A stretch of DNA of 64,000 bases from an uncultured Acidimicrobiaceae bacterium (GTDB lineage: Bacteria; Actinomycetota; Acidimicrobiia; Acidimicrobiales; Salinilacustritrichaceae): positions 46,038-110,037 of the forward strand of contig CAVSRP010000037.1 of assembly GCA_963730345.1 (NCBI GenBank), in the 5' to 3' direction. Position 1 is the first letter of the stretch; each line of letters begins with the position of its first letter. The position numbers and the translations under genes are program-made. The notes beneath the pieces were generated by a model, which worked only from the letters and a program-made list of their open reading frames with translations, was not told the origin of the DNA and ran no database searches. Positions 46,085-55,987 of the stretch are shown one piece after another.

Positions 46085-47851
46085 CTAGCTGCTCGGGCTC
46101 TTCACCGGTAGCGGATCGAAGTCCGGCGGCTTCGTGCCGTCCGGATCCTCGGCGTAGATGCCGCTCGCACCGGCGGGATCGAAGGCCTTGAACTCCTCCT
46201 CCGGCCACTCGTTGGCGTAGTACCGCTTGCCACCGTCGACGTACATCCAGAGCCCGTCGCCCTCCTGGAAGATCTCGTCCTTGCCTTGGGCCGTGGGGTC
46301 CCACCAGATCTTCGCCACGTCGTCGATGCCGGCGTAGTCGGGCCCGGGGATGTCGGGCCAGTAGCCGTGGTCACCCCACGACAGGTCGTACTGCTGCACG
46401 CCGCGGGCCGGCGGCTCGTAGGCGAAGAGCGCCTTGGTGAACGAGTCGTGAGTCAGGTTCGGACCGACCCCCTGCAACACGTTGAAGAACAGGTTCGGCG
46501 TCGGGACCAGCACCTCCAGCGTGCCATCGGCCTTCGTCTTCTCGCCGTAGAACCACTGGTAGAGCTCGTACGAGCTGAAGACGTCGGGATCAACCCGGGC
46601 CGCCAGGGCGGTCAGGCCGAAGGCGTGGGCCCACTGCTCCTGGTCGTAGGTGCGGGCGAACACGTTGGTGTCGATCAGCGTCGACAGATTGAGGAACCAC
46701 TCGGGGTGGTAGTCCTGCGCCGTGGCCTCCTTGGTGAAGTCCCGGGGCGCAATCGGGTCACCGGCGAAGATCACCGTCGTGACCCCGGCTTCCTTCAGCT
46801 TGGCGATGGCGCTGGCCGCCGTCTCCTGCAACGTGGCCGGGTCGAGGGTGTACGGCACCATCGCCGCCAGCTCGACACCCCGGTCAGCCAGGGCCTGCTT
46901 GTAGTCCTCGGCGCTCTTGGCCGAGTCATCGGAGCTCTCGAGGTAGAGGTAGCCGAACACCCGGTCCTGGCTCTGCATCGCCGGATCGCCGGCGTAGGCG
47001 GCCTTGCGGCCCGCCACCTGCTTCACCAGGGCCTCGACGTTGTGCTCCCGGGCCTGCACGTTGGTCAGCGCCGTACCGGCGATGCCGAGGCCGTCCCGGG
47101 CGGCCAGCTTCTCGTGCGTCGGCGTGAGCCCGCAGCTGATGCACTGGATGCCCCGTGCCGTCAGTTCGTCGCCGAAGGCCGTGGTCAGCGCCGGACCACC
47201 CCAGACCTGGAACGGCTTCATGTCCTCGGCGATCTGGACCGCATCGGCTCGGGCGGTGACGGCGTCGCTGGCGATTCCCTTGGACTCGTAGTACTCGATG
47301 TCGATCTGGCGTCCGTAGGTCTCGTAGTACGTCTCGAGCATGTCGACCCAGTGGGTGATGGCATCCTCTGCGTCCGCATTGGTGTCGTCGACCTTGATGG
47401 CATCGGTGATGTAGTTGATGATCGGATCGTCGTCCGGACCGAGGTAGACCACGATCTTGATGCTGTCCGCGGTGACGCCCTGTTCGGTGGCGCCGCCGTT
47501 GTCCCCCTCGAACGGCAGGTAGCACTCGGCCGCGAAGTAGCTGGGGATGGCCACCTGCCCCCGGCTGGTGTCACACCGGTCGCCCCACTCGAGGTCACCG
47601 GCCGTCCCGGCGGCCTCGGCCGCGCTGAAGCTGAGGGGATAGGTGACCTCCCCCGGGGCCGCGGTCGTTCCCGACGAGTCGGTGGTGGAGCTGGTGGTCT
47701 CATCGGTCGCGGTGTTCGCGTCGTTGTTGTCGTTCCCCCCGATGAGCACGACAGCGGCGATGACCGCGATCACCACGACGATGGCGCCGATCGGCCCCCA
47801 CCGTCGCAGTGCGTTGCTGCCTTCGTTCGGTTGGTCACTGGCTGGTTGCAT
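46085..47851 (-). CDS. Large ABC-transporter substrate-binding protein (type-1 periplasmic-binding fold, Liv-like), TM-anchored with a Ser/Thr linker
   Basis: ATG at 47851 (MQPASDQ...). TM anchor IGAIVVVIAVIAAVVLIG is followed by a TSSTTDSSGTT linker. It lies last in the operon with the Liv-type permease and ATPase genes. 588 aa. Confidence 0.65.
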   Translation of the reverse strand: MQPASDQPNEGSNALRRWGPIGAIVVVIAVIAAVVLIGGNDNNDANTATDETTSSTTDSSGTTAAPGEVTYPLSFSAAEAAGTAGDLEWGDRCDTSRGQVAIPSYFAAECYLPFEGDNGGATEQGVTADSIKIVVYLGPDDDPIINYITDAIKVDDTNADAEDAITHWVDMLETYYETYGRQIDIEYYESKGIASDAVTARADAVQIAEDMKPFQVWGGPALTTAFGDELTARGIQCISCGLTPTHEKLAARDGLGIAGTALTNVQAREHNVEALVKQVAGRKAAYAGDPAMQSQDRVFGYLYLESSDDSAKSAEDYKQALADRGVELAAMVPYTLDPATLQETAASAIAKLKEAGVTTVIFAGDPIAPRDFTKEATAQDYHPEWFLNLSTLIDTNVFARTYDQEQWAHAFGLTALAARVDPDVFSSYELYQWFYGEKTKADGTLEVLVPTPNLFFNVLQGVGPNLTHDSFTKALFAYEPPARGVQQYDLSWGDHGYWPDIPGPDYAGIDDVAKIWWDPTAQGKDEIFQEGDGLWMYVDGGKRYYANEWPEEEFKAFDPAGASGIYAEDPDGTKPPDFDPLPVKSPSS

Positions 47852-50834
47852 CTGGTGTGGTCCCCCTGGGTGTGTTCGCTGATGGCTCGGATGCCCTGGC
47901 ACCGGACCGGGCCAGGACGTCTTCGTTGGTGCCGAGGTAGGACGCCACCACCTCGGGATGGGTCAGCACGTGATCCGGGGCACCCTCGGCGATGACCCGA
48001 CCTTGGTCCATGGCGACCAGCCGATCGGCCACGGCGGTGACGAGCGGCATGTCGTGCTCGATGACGAGCAACGAGGCGCCGAGGCCGTCACGGATGCGCA
48101 GGAGCAGCGGGCCGAGCGCTTCCGTTTCCCGCTGGGCGATGCCACTGGACGGTTCGTCGAAGAGGATCACCGTCGGGCGATGCGCCACGACGCAGGCGAG
48201 ATCCACGATCCGCCGGGAGCCGGTCGACAGCTCGCGGAGGAACTTGGTGCGGAACGCCTCCAGACCCATGAGTTCGATCAGCTCGTCCACCCGCGACGCG
48301 ATCTTCGCCTCGCTGTCGAAGGTGGTCGGCAGGTGCAACGCGGCACTGACCGGATCGCGCGACTCGGTGAAGCGCTCGAGCGAGACCTTGATCGCCTCCT
48401 CCACCGTCATGGCAGGGAAGAGCCGGGCATCCTGGAAGGACCGTCCCAACCCCCGAAGGGCCCGCCGGTGGGGCGGGAGACGACCGATCTCGTTTCCTCC
48501 CAGCACCACCCGGCCATGCTCGGCGGGGGTGAAACCGGAGATGAGGTCGAACAACGTCGTCTTGCCCGCCCCGTTCGGACCGATCACTCCGACGATCTCG
48601 CCCGTGTCGATCTGCAGCGACACGTGGTCGACGGCGCGGATGCCTCCGAAGGTACAGGTCAGATCGACGGTCTCCAGCGCGGTCGCCGCCACCTGGGTGC
48701 CCTCGGGCCGCGTCGAGCCATTCGAGCGGGCCGGGGTGTCGAGAGAACGCACCGCGGTACCGCCAGACACTGCGTGGCCCGCGCCCTCCAGGAAGACCGA
48801 TCGCAGGAGATCGGGACGCTCCAGCAGGTCGGCGGTGGCGCCGGAGAACCGAATCTCCCCCTTCTCCATGAAGTACGCCGTCTCGGCGACGGTGAGCGCC
48901 ACGTTGACCGACTGCTCCACCAGGATGATGGTCGTCCCCTGGTCGCGGATCTCTTGCAGCACGGGGAGGAGCTGATCGACGATCACCGGGGCGAGCCCGA
49001 GCGAGAGCTCATCGATCATCAGCAACCGGGGCCGCGAGATGAACGCCATCCCGAGCGCCAGCATCTGGGCCTGGCCGCCCGACAGGTTGGCTGCCGGTTC
49101 GCGTCGCCGCTGGTCGAGGGTCGGGAACAGCTCGTAGGCCCGGGCGAGCCCGGCATCGACTTCGGCCTTCGACCGGCGGTGCAACCAGCCGGCCACCTCG
49201 AGGTTCTCGTGCACGGTCAGCGACGGGAAGGTGCCGACGCCTCCCGGAACCTGGGCCACACCGCGGCCGGCGATCTCCGCCGGCGGGGTGTGGGTCATGT
49301 CGACGCCGTCGAAGATGATGGCGCCCCGCTCGGCCTCGACGATCCCGGAGATCGCCTTCAGCAGCGTCGACTTGCCCGCCCCGTTGGTACCGAGCAGGGC
49401 GACGATCTCCCCCTTGTCGATCTCGAGGTCGACCCCGAAGAGCACCTGCACGTTCCCGTAGGACACATCGACCCCACGGATGAGCAACAGCTTCGAGCGA
49501 CCCTGGCTCCGCTGGTAAGCGACCTCGGACTGGGCGGCCGCCGTCTGCCAGACCTGGGCGATGTCGGCGCCGATGACCTTGCCGGCGCTGGCGATGATGT
49601 ACCCGCCCACCACGAAGACAGGCAGCATCAACAACATGCCCTGGCGAATGCCCCAGGCGTCGCCGAAGGCGCCGATGATCGGCAGGATGAGCAAGCCGGG
49701 CAACACCCACACCGATCCGATGGAGAAGCCAGTGGCCCGGGCACGGGGTGGGATGGCGAGGGCCAGGGCGGCGTAGATGCCAGGGCCGACGGCCGCCAGT
49801 CCTGCGCTGATCACCGCGTTGATGCCGATCGACAACCACAACCACGGGCTGAGTGCGAACACGGCGAAGGCCCCGGCGACGATGAACGACACCCGGCCGA
49901 GGAACCGCAACAGCAGCCCCGGATCTCGCTCGACGAGCTTGGTACCGATCCGGGCACCGATGAACAGCCCGACCAGCTGCAGCGGTTCGGTCGACGCTGC
50001 GACGATGCCCCGCGCCCGCTCGTCGAGGCCGAAGACCTGCTCGTAGAACAGTCCGGCCAGCGACGTGAACCCGATGAGCGAGGCGGCGAGGAACGGCAAC
50101 GACCACCAGATGCGTCGCAGGCTCTCGATGCGACCACACAGCCGCCACGCCTCACCGAACGACGGCGGCGCCTCCTCGGTGGCGATCGCCTCCTCTGACG
50201 CCTTCATCGCCCGACGCTCGTGGTTGCCCCGGATCGGCTCCCGGAGCCGGAGCCCCAGGGCCACCACCACCAGGGTGGGGATGGCGAAGACGAAGAACGG
50301 CGCTCGCCATCCGAACGAGAACGCGATCACACCGGCGAGCAGGGGTCCGACGAAGGCGCCGACCGCGTTGGCGGCCCGGTGGAACGAGTACACCTTCGAC
50401 CGGTGTTCCGGGGCGTAGTAGTCGGCGATCAGCGAGTTGTGGGTGGGATCCACCACCGCCTTACCGATGCCCGACCCGGAGCGCATCACCACGAGGAACC
50501 AGACCGTGAAGCTGAGGCCGGTTCCGAAGGAGAACAGGGCCCAAGCGGTCGCACCGATCATCGCCAGGCGCACCCGCGGCGCTCGATCCGCGTAGTGGGC
50601 GATCGGGACCTGGAGGCACAGCGCGATGCCCGCCACGAGGGCGATGACCGACAGGGCGCCCTGCAGATCGAGCCCGAACGCGTCGCGGATCTCGGGCAGC
50701 AGGATCCCGAAGGCCGTGCGGTCGAGTTCGTCGACCGCGTTCAGGGCGAAGAGGATCACCAGCGGATAGATCGGCCCTCCCCCGGTGATGTTCTCGAGCC
50801 AGCCCCGGAGCCGGCCGGTCCCCTTCCCGATCAC
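47835..50834 (-). CDS. Tri-domain fusion: N-terminal MFS-like 12-TM domain + LivF-like NBD + LivG-like NBD
   Basis: A single 999-codon ORF. MFS hallmarks: MRSGSGIGKA and GWRAPFF. NBD1: GTNGAGKST, LSGGQAQ, LLMIDELSLGLAP. NBD2: GPNGAGKTT, LSTGSRR, ILFDEPSSG. The GTG start overlaps the permease stop (GTGA). Confidence 0.8.
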   Translation of the reverse strand: MIGKGTGRLRGWLENITGGGPIYPLVILFALNAVDELDRTAFGILLPEIRDAFGLDLQGALSVIALVAGIALCLQVPIAHYADRAPRVRLAMIGATAWALFSFGTGLSFTVWFLVVMRSGSGIGKAVVDPTHNSLIADYYAPEHRSKVYSFHRAANAVGAFVGPLLAGVIAFSFGWRAPFFVFAIPTLVVVALGLRLREPIRGNHERRAMKASEEAIATEEAPPSFGEAWRLCGRIESLRRIWWSLPFLAASLIGFTSLAGLFYEQVFGLDERARGIVAASTEPLQLVGLFIGARIGTKLVERDPGLLLRFLGRVSFIVAGAFAVFALSPWLWLSIGINAVISAGLAAVGPGIYAALALAIPPRARATGFSIGSVWVLPGLLILPIIGAFGDAWGIRQGMLLMLPVFVVGGYIIASAGKVIGADIAQVWQTAAAQSEVAYQRSQGRSKLLLIRGVDVSYGNVQVLFGVDLEIDKGEIVALLGTNGAGKSTLLKAISGIVEAERGAIIFDGVDMTHTPPAEIAGRGVAQVPGGVGTFPSLTVHENLEVAGWLHRRSKAEVDAGLARAYELFPTLDQRRREPAANLSGGQAQMLALGMAFISRPRLLMIDELSLGLAPVIVDQLLPVLQEIRDQGTTIILVEQSVNVALTVAETAYFMEKGEIRFSGATADLLERPDLLRSVFLEGAGHAVSGGTAVRSLDTPARSNGSTRPEGTQVAATALETVDLTCTFGGIRAVDHVSLQIDTGEIVGVIGPNGAGKTTLFDLISGFTPAEHGRVVLGGNEIGRLPPHRRALRGLGRSFQDARLFPAMTVEEAIKVSLERFTESRDPVSAALHLPTTFDSEAKIASRVDELIELMGLEAFRTKFLRELSTGSRRIVDLACVVAHRPTVILFDEPSSGIAQRETEALGPLLLRIRDGLGASLLVIEHDMPLVTAVADRLVAMDQGRVIAEGAPDHVLTHPEVVASYLGTNEDVLARSGARASEPSANTPRGTTPDATSQ

Positions 50835-53011
50835 GGTTCACTCCCGATCAGCACGGGTTCGACGTCGGTCGCGTCGGGCGGGGTTGCTGGATCGACCCGG
50901 CGATCGGCGACCATCGACGGCACCTCGATCCCGTGCCGTCCTGCGACCGATCGGAGCCACAGGTCCCGGACCTTGTAGACCACCGAACCCAATCCACCGG
51001 GGACCACCAGCAGCACGAACAGCACGCCGAACGCGGAGCTGAAGAATCGCCAGTCGGCGGGCAGGAGGAAGAAGCCACCTTCGATGTAGATGGCGCCGAG
51101 CACCCCGCCGGTGAGCGTGCCCAGCCCCCCGATCACCGCGGCCATGAACATCGTGATGCTCAGGCCCGGGTCATAGGGACCCGGGTCGAATGCCTGCTGG
51201 TGGTGGACGAAGACAGCCCCGGCGACCGCAGCCACGAACCCGGAGATGGCGAAGGCAGTCAGCTTCGCCCTCGCCGCGCTCACGCCGAACGCCTCGGCAC
51301 CGCGTTCGTTCTCCCGGATGGCCAACAGGATGCGGCCGGTCCGGCTGGCGCGCACCCCGCGCAGGCCGACGAGGACCAGCACCAGCACGGCCAGCGCGAA
51401 GTAGTAGATCCGCGTCGGCGAGTCGAGGCTGATGCGTCCGAACAGATCCGGTCGCTCGACCCGTCCGTCGGGCACCCAGGTGAAGAACCGACTGTTGAGG
51501 AAGTACGCGGAGGTGGCGAGGCCGAAGCCGAGGGTCGTCACCGCGAGGAACAACCCGTTGAGCCGGAGCGCGGGCAGTCCGACGATCACCGCGACGCCGA
51601 CGCCGACCACCCCGGCCACCAGCAGGGCCAGGCTGAGATCGAGGTGCCACTCGCCGGTGGCATGGGCACCGACCGCCGCACCCACCGCCATGAACGCGAC
51701 CTGGGCGAGCGACACCTGCCCCGACCAGCCGGTGACAACCACCACCGAGGCGACGACGAGCGCGTAGATGAACACGGCCGAGATCTTCAGCGACGTGGAG
51801 GTGCTCACCAGGTTCGGGAGCACCAGGACGGCGGCCGTCAGCACGATGCCGCCCACCCACCACACCAGTCGCACCTCGGCCAGGCGCCGGAGCTCACGCG
51901 GGACCGGGCGAACCTCGTCGGACGCCGACCACGTGGAGGCGCCGTCGGTGGTCGCCCGCGAGATGTCCTTGCGCCGCAGGAGCAGGGCGCCGATCGCCAC
52001 CATGGCAACCACGGGTTCGATGAGCAACGGGCTCCGCTGGCCCAGGAACCCGTTCCAGTCGACACCCATCTCGAGCACACCGATGGCCAAGGAGCTGGCC
52101 ACGATCGTCGGTAGGTGGGTCATGCGCCCGAGCATCAGCGCGGCCAGCGCCCGCAGCAGGATCCCGAACGAGAGCGCAGCGCCGATGGGCAGACCCACGA
52201 CCCCCGCCCGCAGGAACAGGGCCAGGTAGGCCAGCCCGCCGGCGATGGCCCACACGATGGTGTGCAGGCGCTTCACCGGGACGCCGAGGAGGCTGGCCCG
52301 ATCGGCACGATCAGCGGAGGCCCGGATGGCGACGCCGACCGACGTCCGTTGCAGGAACAAGCCGACGGCAGCCATCGCCAGCGGGGCACCCACCAGCACG
52401 AGGATGTCGTTGGCGGTGAACACCAGCGGCTCAACGGTGAAGCTGAAGTGGAACGGCGGCGGGATCCGTTGAGAGCGAACCTTCTCGTCGAACAACCGCG
52501 GCAGCAACAGACCGCCGAAGGCCAGGAGCTGGCTCAGCCCCAAGGTGGCGACCGTGAGGATCAATCGAGGGGCCCGAAAGAAGCGACGGATGACGGCGAG
52601 CTCGCAGACCGCGCCCAGCACGGCGGCCACCGCGAAGCCGGCGCCGAAGGCGAGCAGCCACGGCACTCCGGTCGACACCACGAGCATGACGGCCAGCGAC
52701 GCCGGCACGTACCCGAGGTCGCCCTGGGCGAAGTTCAGCACCCGGTTGGCTCGGTAGATGAGCGCCATGCCGACGCTGACCATGCCGGTCAGCAGACCGA
52801 TGATGATGCCCCGCAGGAACACCCCCGCCGGGACCGGAAAGATGACTTGCTGCACGAGGAAGACGAGCGCCACCGGTCCGGCCATCGACATCGGTCCACG
52901 AATGCGGTCGACCAGGTCGCTGAGGCGCTCTCGCCGATCCGGCCCGCGATGCGACGGCTCGAGCACCACATCGCCGCCCACGCTCGCAGGCGAGCGCTGC
53001 ACGTCCACCAC
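50831..53011 (-). CDS. Fused LivH-LivM branched-chain-amino-acid-type ABC permease
   Basis: The N-terminal half (GLLTGMVSVGMALIYRANRVLNFAQGDLG) is LivH-like. The C-terminal half (VSLAQVAFMAVGAAVGA...GRILLAIRENERGAEAFG) is LivM-like. The start is probably GTG at 53011/53008 after GGGGGA, or ATG at 52891. Confidence 0.8.
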   Translation of the reverse strand: MVDVQRSPASVGGDVVLEPSHRGPDRRERLSDLVDRIRGPMSMAGPVALVFLVQQVIFPVPAGVFLRGIIIGLLTGMVSVGMALIYRANRVLNFAQGDLGYVPASLAVMLVVSTGVPWLLAFGAGFAVAAVLGAVCELAVIRRFFRAPRLILTVATLGLSQLLAFGGLLLPRLFDEKVRSQRIPPPFHFSFTVEPLVFTANDILVLVGAPLAMAAVGLFLQRTSVGVAIRASADRADRASLLGVPVKRLHTIVWAIAGGLAYLALFLRAGVVGLPIGAALSFGILLRALAALMLGRMTHLPTIVASSLAIGVLEMGVDWNGFLGQRSPLLIEPVVAMVAIGALLLRRKDISRATTDGASTWSASDEVRPVPRELRRLAEVRLVWWVGGIVLTAAVLVLPNLVSTSTSLKISAVFIYALVVASVVVVTGWSGQVSLAQVAFMAVGAAVGAHATGEWHLDLSLALLVAGVVGVGVAVIVGLPALRLNGLFLAVTTLGFGLATSAYFLNSRFFTWVPDGRVERPDLFGRISLDSPTRIYYFALAVLVLVLVGLRGVRASRTGRILLAIRENERGAEAFGVSAARAKLTAFAISGFVAAVAGAVFVHHQQAFDPGPYDPGLSITMFMAAVIGGLGTLTGGVLGAIYIEGGFFLLPADWRFFSSAFGVLFVLLVVPGGLGSVVYKVRDLWLRSVAGRHGIEVPSMVADRRVDPATPPDATDVEPVLIGSEP

Positions 53012-53151
53012 TGTGTCCCCCCTTGCAGTCGACGGCACGGTAGTCAGTCGCTCAGCCGCGCGCCCCGCACGGTGGCCGCATCCGGTCCCACCTGTCCCAC
53101 TTCGTCCGGAATGGTGCGGGATTCGGACCGCCAGCGATGGCGGACCTGCCG

Positions 53152-55659
53152 TCACACCACGATGTTGACCAGCCTCGGGGGACGGGCGATCACCTGACGC
53201 GGCTCGCCGTCGAGGTGCTCTTGCACCTTCTCGCTGGCCATGGCGGCGGCGATGGCCTCGTCCTCGGTCAGATCGGGCGACACATCGATGCGGTCACGGA
53301 CCTTGCCGTTGACCTGCAGCACCATCGTCACCGCGTCGAGGGCGAGCTTCGACGGATCGGCCACGGGCCACGACTGCTCGTGCACGTGGGCTGCCGAGTC
53401 ATCGGGCGATACCCCCTCGGCCACCCGTCGCTGCCACCACAGCTCGGCCGTGACATGCGGGGCCATCGGCGCCAGCAGCTTCAGCAACGTGTCCACGGCG
53501 AAGTCGGTCTTGCCCTGCTTGTACAGCAGGTTGGTGAACTCCATGAACGCGGCGACCGAGGTGTTGTAGCTCCACCGTTCCATTTCGTCGCTGACCCGGG
53601 CGATGAGGCGGTGGGTGGCCTTCTCGATCTCGACGACCGCGTCGCCGGTGGCATCGGGAACCACGTCGGAGCCGGGGAGCGCCAGGCGCCACAGCCGACC
53701 GATGAAGCGGTGGGTCCCCTCGATCCCGACCCCTTCCCAGTCCACGTCGTCCGCCGGCGGGCCGACGAAGAGCTGGCCGAGCCGGAGCGCGTCGGCTCCC
53801 TCACGGTCGAGGATCTCCTCGGGAGCGATCAGGTTGCCCTTCGACTTCGACATCTTCGCACCGTCGAGGCGGATCATGCCCTGGGTGAACAACCGCTGGA
53901 ACGGTTCCCGCAACGACGCAGGGGCCACTCCCAGATCGGCCAGCGCCTTGGTGAAGAACCGGGCGTACATCAGGTGGAGGATGGCGTGTTCGACCCCACC
54001 GATGTACTGGTCGACCGGAAGCCAGTGCGCGACGGCGTCGGCCGAGAACGGCAGCTCGTCGTTGGTCGGATCGGCGAAGCGGAGGAAGTACCAGGACGAG
54101 TCGACGAACGTGTCCATGGTGTCGGTCTCACGGGTCGCCGGTCCTCCGCACTTCGGGCACTGCGTGTGCAGGAAGCCCTGATGGTGCTTGAGCGGGGACT
54201 CGCCCGTGGGCAGGAACTCGACGTCGTCGGGCGCCACCACCGGCAAGTCCTCGTACGGGACCGGCACGGTGCCGTGGTCGGGGCAGTACACCACAGGGAT
54301 CGGACAGCCCCAGAACCGCTGGCGCGACACCAACCAGTCGCGCAGTCGGAAGTTGACCTTGGCCTCGCCGATGCCCTGGTCGACCAGCCACCGGATGGCG
54401 GCGGACTTGGCGTCGGCGACATCCATGCCGTTGAGGTCGAGCGAATCGCCCGCGCTGTTGATGGCGGGACCGTCCCCCGTGTACGCCTCCCCGTCGAAGT
54501 CGTCGGGCGGTTGCACCGTGCGGACGATGGGCAGGTCGTAGGCGACGGCGAAGTCCCAGTCACGCTGGTCCTGGCCGGGCACGGCCATGATCGCCCCGGT
54601 GCCGTACGTGCTGAGCACGTAGTCCGCCAGGTACAGCGGCACCGGCTGGCCCGTGAACGGGTTCAGCAGGTACGAGCCGGTGAAGACCCCCCGCTTGTCG
54701 AGCGCCCCCTCCGAGCTCAGCCGGTCCATCTCGGAGGTGTTGCGGGCCTGCTCGATGAACGCCTCGACCGACTCGAGATGCTCGGCCGTGGTGACGGTCC
54801 GGGCCAGTGCGTGCTCGGGGGCGAGCACGGCGTAGGTCATGCCGAAGGCGGTGTCGGGGCGCGTGGTGTACACCTCCACCGAAGCGCGGCTGGCATGGGG
54901 TGCGCCGGACTCGTCGACCACCGCCATCGAGAACTGCGCCCCCTCGGAGCGACCGATCCAGTTCTTCTGCATGGTGACGACCCGCTCCGGCCAGTCGACC
55001 AACTCCAGATCGTCGAGCAGCTGTTGGGCGTAGTCGGTGATCTTGAAGAACCACTGCTCGAGATCCTTGGCTTCCACCACGTCACCCGAACGTTCGCAGG
55101 TGCCGTCGGCCAGGACCTGCTCGTTGGCGAGCACGGTCTGGCAGCCCGGGCACCAGTTGACGGCGGCCTTGCGCTTGTAGGCGAGACCGGCCTCGAGGAA
55201 CTTCAGGAAGATCCACTGGGTGAAGCGGGTGTACTCGGGTGAGTGGCTGGTGATCAGCCGGCGCCAGTCGTAGCCCGCGCCGATGCGCTGCAGCGACGAG
55301 GTCAGCTCGACCATCTTCTCCTCGGTGAACTCCCGGGGGTGCCGTCCGGTCTTGATGGCGGCATTCTCGGCTGGGAGCCCGAAGCTGTCGAAGCCGATCG
55401 GCGACAGGACCCCGTAGCCCTGCATGGTGCGGTAGCGCACGATCAGATCGCCGAAGGTGTAGTTCCGTACGTGTCCCATGTGCGCGGCCCCGGACGGATA
55501 CGGGTACATGCACAGGACGTAGTACGGAGGGCGGGGATCGTCGTTGTCGATCTCGTAGGTGCCGTCGTCACGCCAGCGCTGCTGCCACGCCGCCTCGACG
55601 GTCTGCGGGTCATACGCCGGGACGCGCCCGCCGACGCTGGTGTCGTCGCTTGCGTCCAT
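53152..55659 (-). CDS. leuS: Leucine--tRNA ligase
   Basis: YPSGAAHMGHVRNY (HIGH region), KMSKSKGN, and the editing domain. About 835 aa from ATG at 55659. Confidence 0.97.
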   Translation of the reverse strand: MDASDDTSVGGRVPAYDPQTVEAAWQQRWRDDGTYEIDNDDPRPPYYVLCMYPYPSGAAHMGHVRNYTFGDLIVRYRTMQGYGVLSPIGFDSFGLPAENAAIKTGRHPREFTEEKMVELTSSLQRIGAGYDWRRLITSHSPEYTRFTQWIFLKFLEAGLAYKRKAAVNWCPGCQTVLANEQVLADGTCERSGDVVEAKDLEQWFFKITDYAQQLLDDLELVDWPERVVTMQKNWIGRSEGAQFSMAVVDESGAPHASRASVEVYTTRPDTAFGMTYAVLAPEHALARTVTTAEHLESVEAFIEQARNTSEMDRLSSEGALDKRGVFTGSYLLNPFTGQPVPLYLADYVLSTYGTGAIMAVPGQDQRDWDFAVAYDLPIVRTVQPPDDFDGEAYTGDGPAINSAGDSLDLNGMDVADAKSAAIRWLVDQGIGEAKVNFRLRDWLVSRQRFWGCPIPVVYCPDHGTVPVPYEDLPVVAPDDVEFLPTGESPLKHHQGFLHTQCPKCGGPATRETDTMDTFVDSSWYFLRFADPTNDELPFSADAVAHWLPVDQYIGGVEHAILHLMYARFFTKALADLGVAPASLREPFQRLFTQGMIRLDGAKMSKSKGNLIAPEEILDREGADALRLGQLFVGPPADDVDWEGVGIEGTHRFIGRLWRLALPGSDVVPDATGDAVVEIEKATHRLIARVSDEMERWSYNTSVAAFMEFTNLLYKQGKTDFAVDTLLKLLAPMAPHVTAELWWQRRVAEGVSPDDSAAHVHEQSWPVADPSKLALDAVTMVLQVNGKVRDRIDVSPDLTEDEAIAAAMASEKVQEHLDGEPRQVIARPPRLVNIVV

Positions 55660-55842
55660 GTCCTGCACGGCTCGGCATCGTACCGAGGCCACGCGATCGC
55701 TCCGATTCGAGAATCAGGCCGATCCCTCGTGTGATTGCCGCAGTGGGCCTTCGCGTGATCTATCGTGGTCGACCCTGCGAGTTGTGAGGCCCAGCCGAAC
55801 AACTCGGTTCGCGAAGGCTCGCCCTGCGAGCCCAGAGCGCCC

Positions 55843-55915
55843 GGGGCTATAGCTCAGTTGGTAGAGCGCCTCCATGGCATGGAGGAGGTCAGGGGTTCGA
55901 TTCCCCTTAGCTCCA
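55843..55915 (+). tRNA. tRNA-Ala (anticodon GGC)
   Basis: Hand-folded cloverleaf. Acceptor ggggcta/tagctcc has the G3:U70 Ala identity pair. D arm gctc-agttggta-gagc. Anticodon stem cctcc/ggagg with loop atGGCat. T arm agggg-ttcgatt-cccct. CCA is not encoded. Confidence 0.9.
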
Positions 55916-55917
55916 CG

Positions 55918-55964
55918 CTTTCTCGCCCTGCGGGCGAGAAAGGCACCAATGCTTCGCATTGGCG
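55918..55964 (+). terminator. Two consecutive hairpins directly after tRNA-Ala (candidate terminator or processing structures)
   Basis: ctttctcgccc/tgc/gggcgagaaag is an 11-bp perfect stem at 55918-55942. ccaatgc/ttc/gcattgg lies at 55946-55962. Neither has a clear T tract. Confidence 0.35.
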
Positions 55965-55987
55965 CACGCAACCCGATCCCCTCACCC

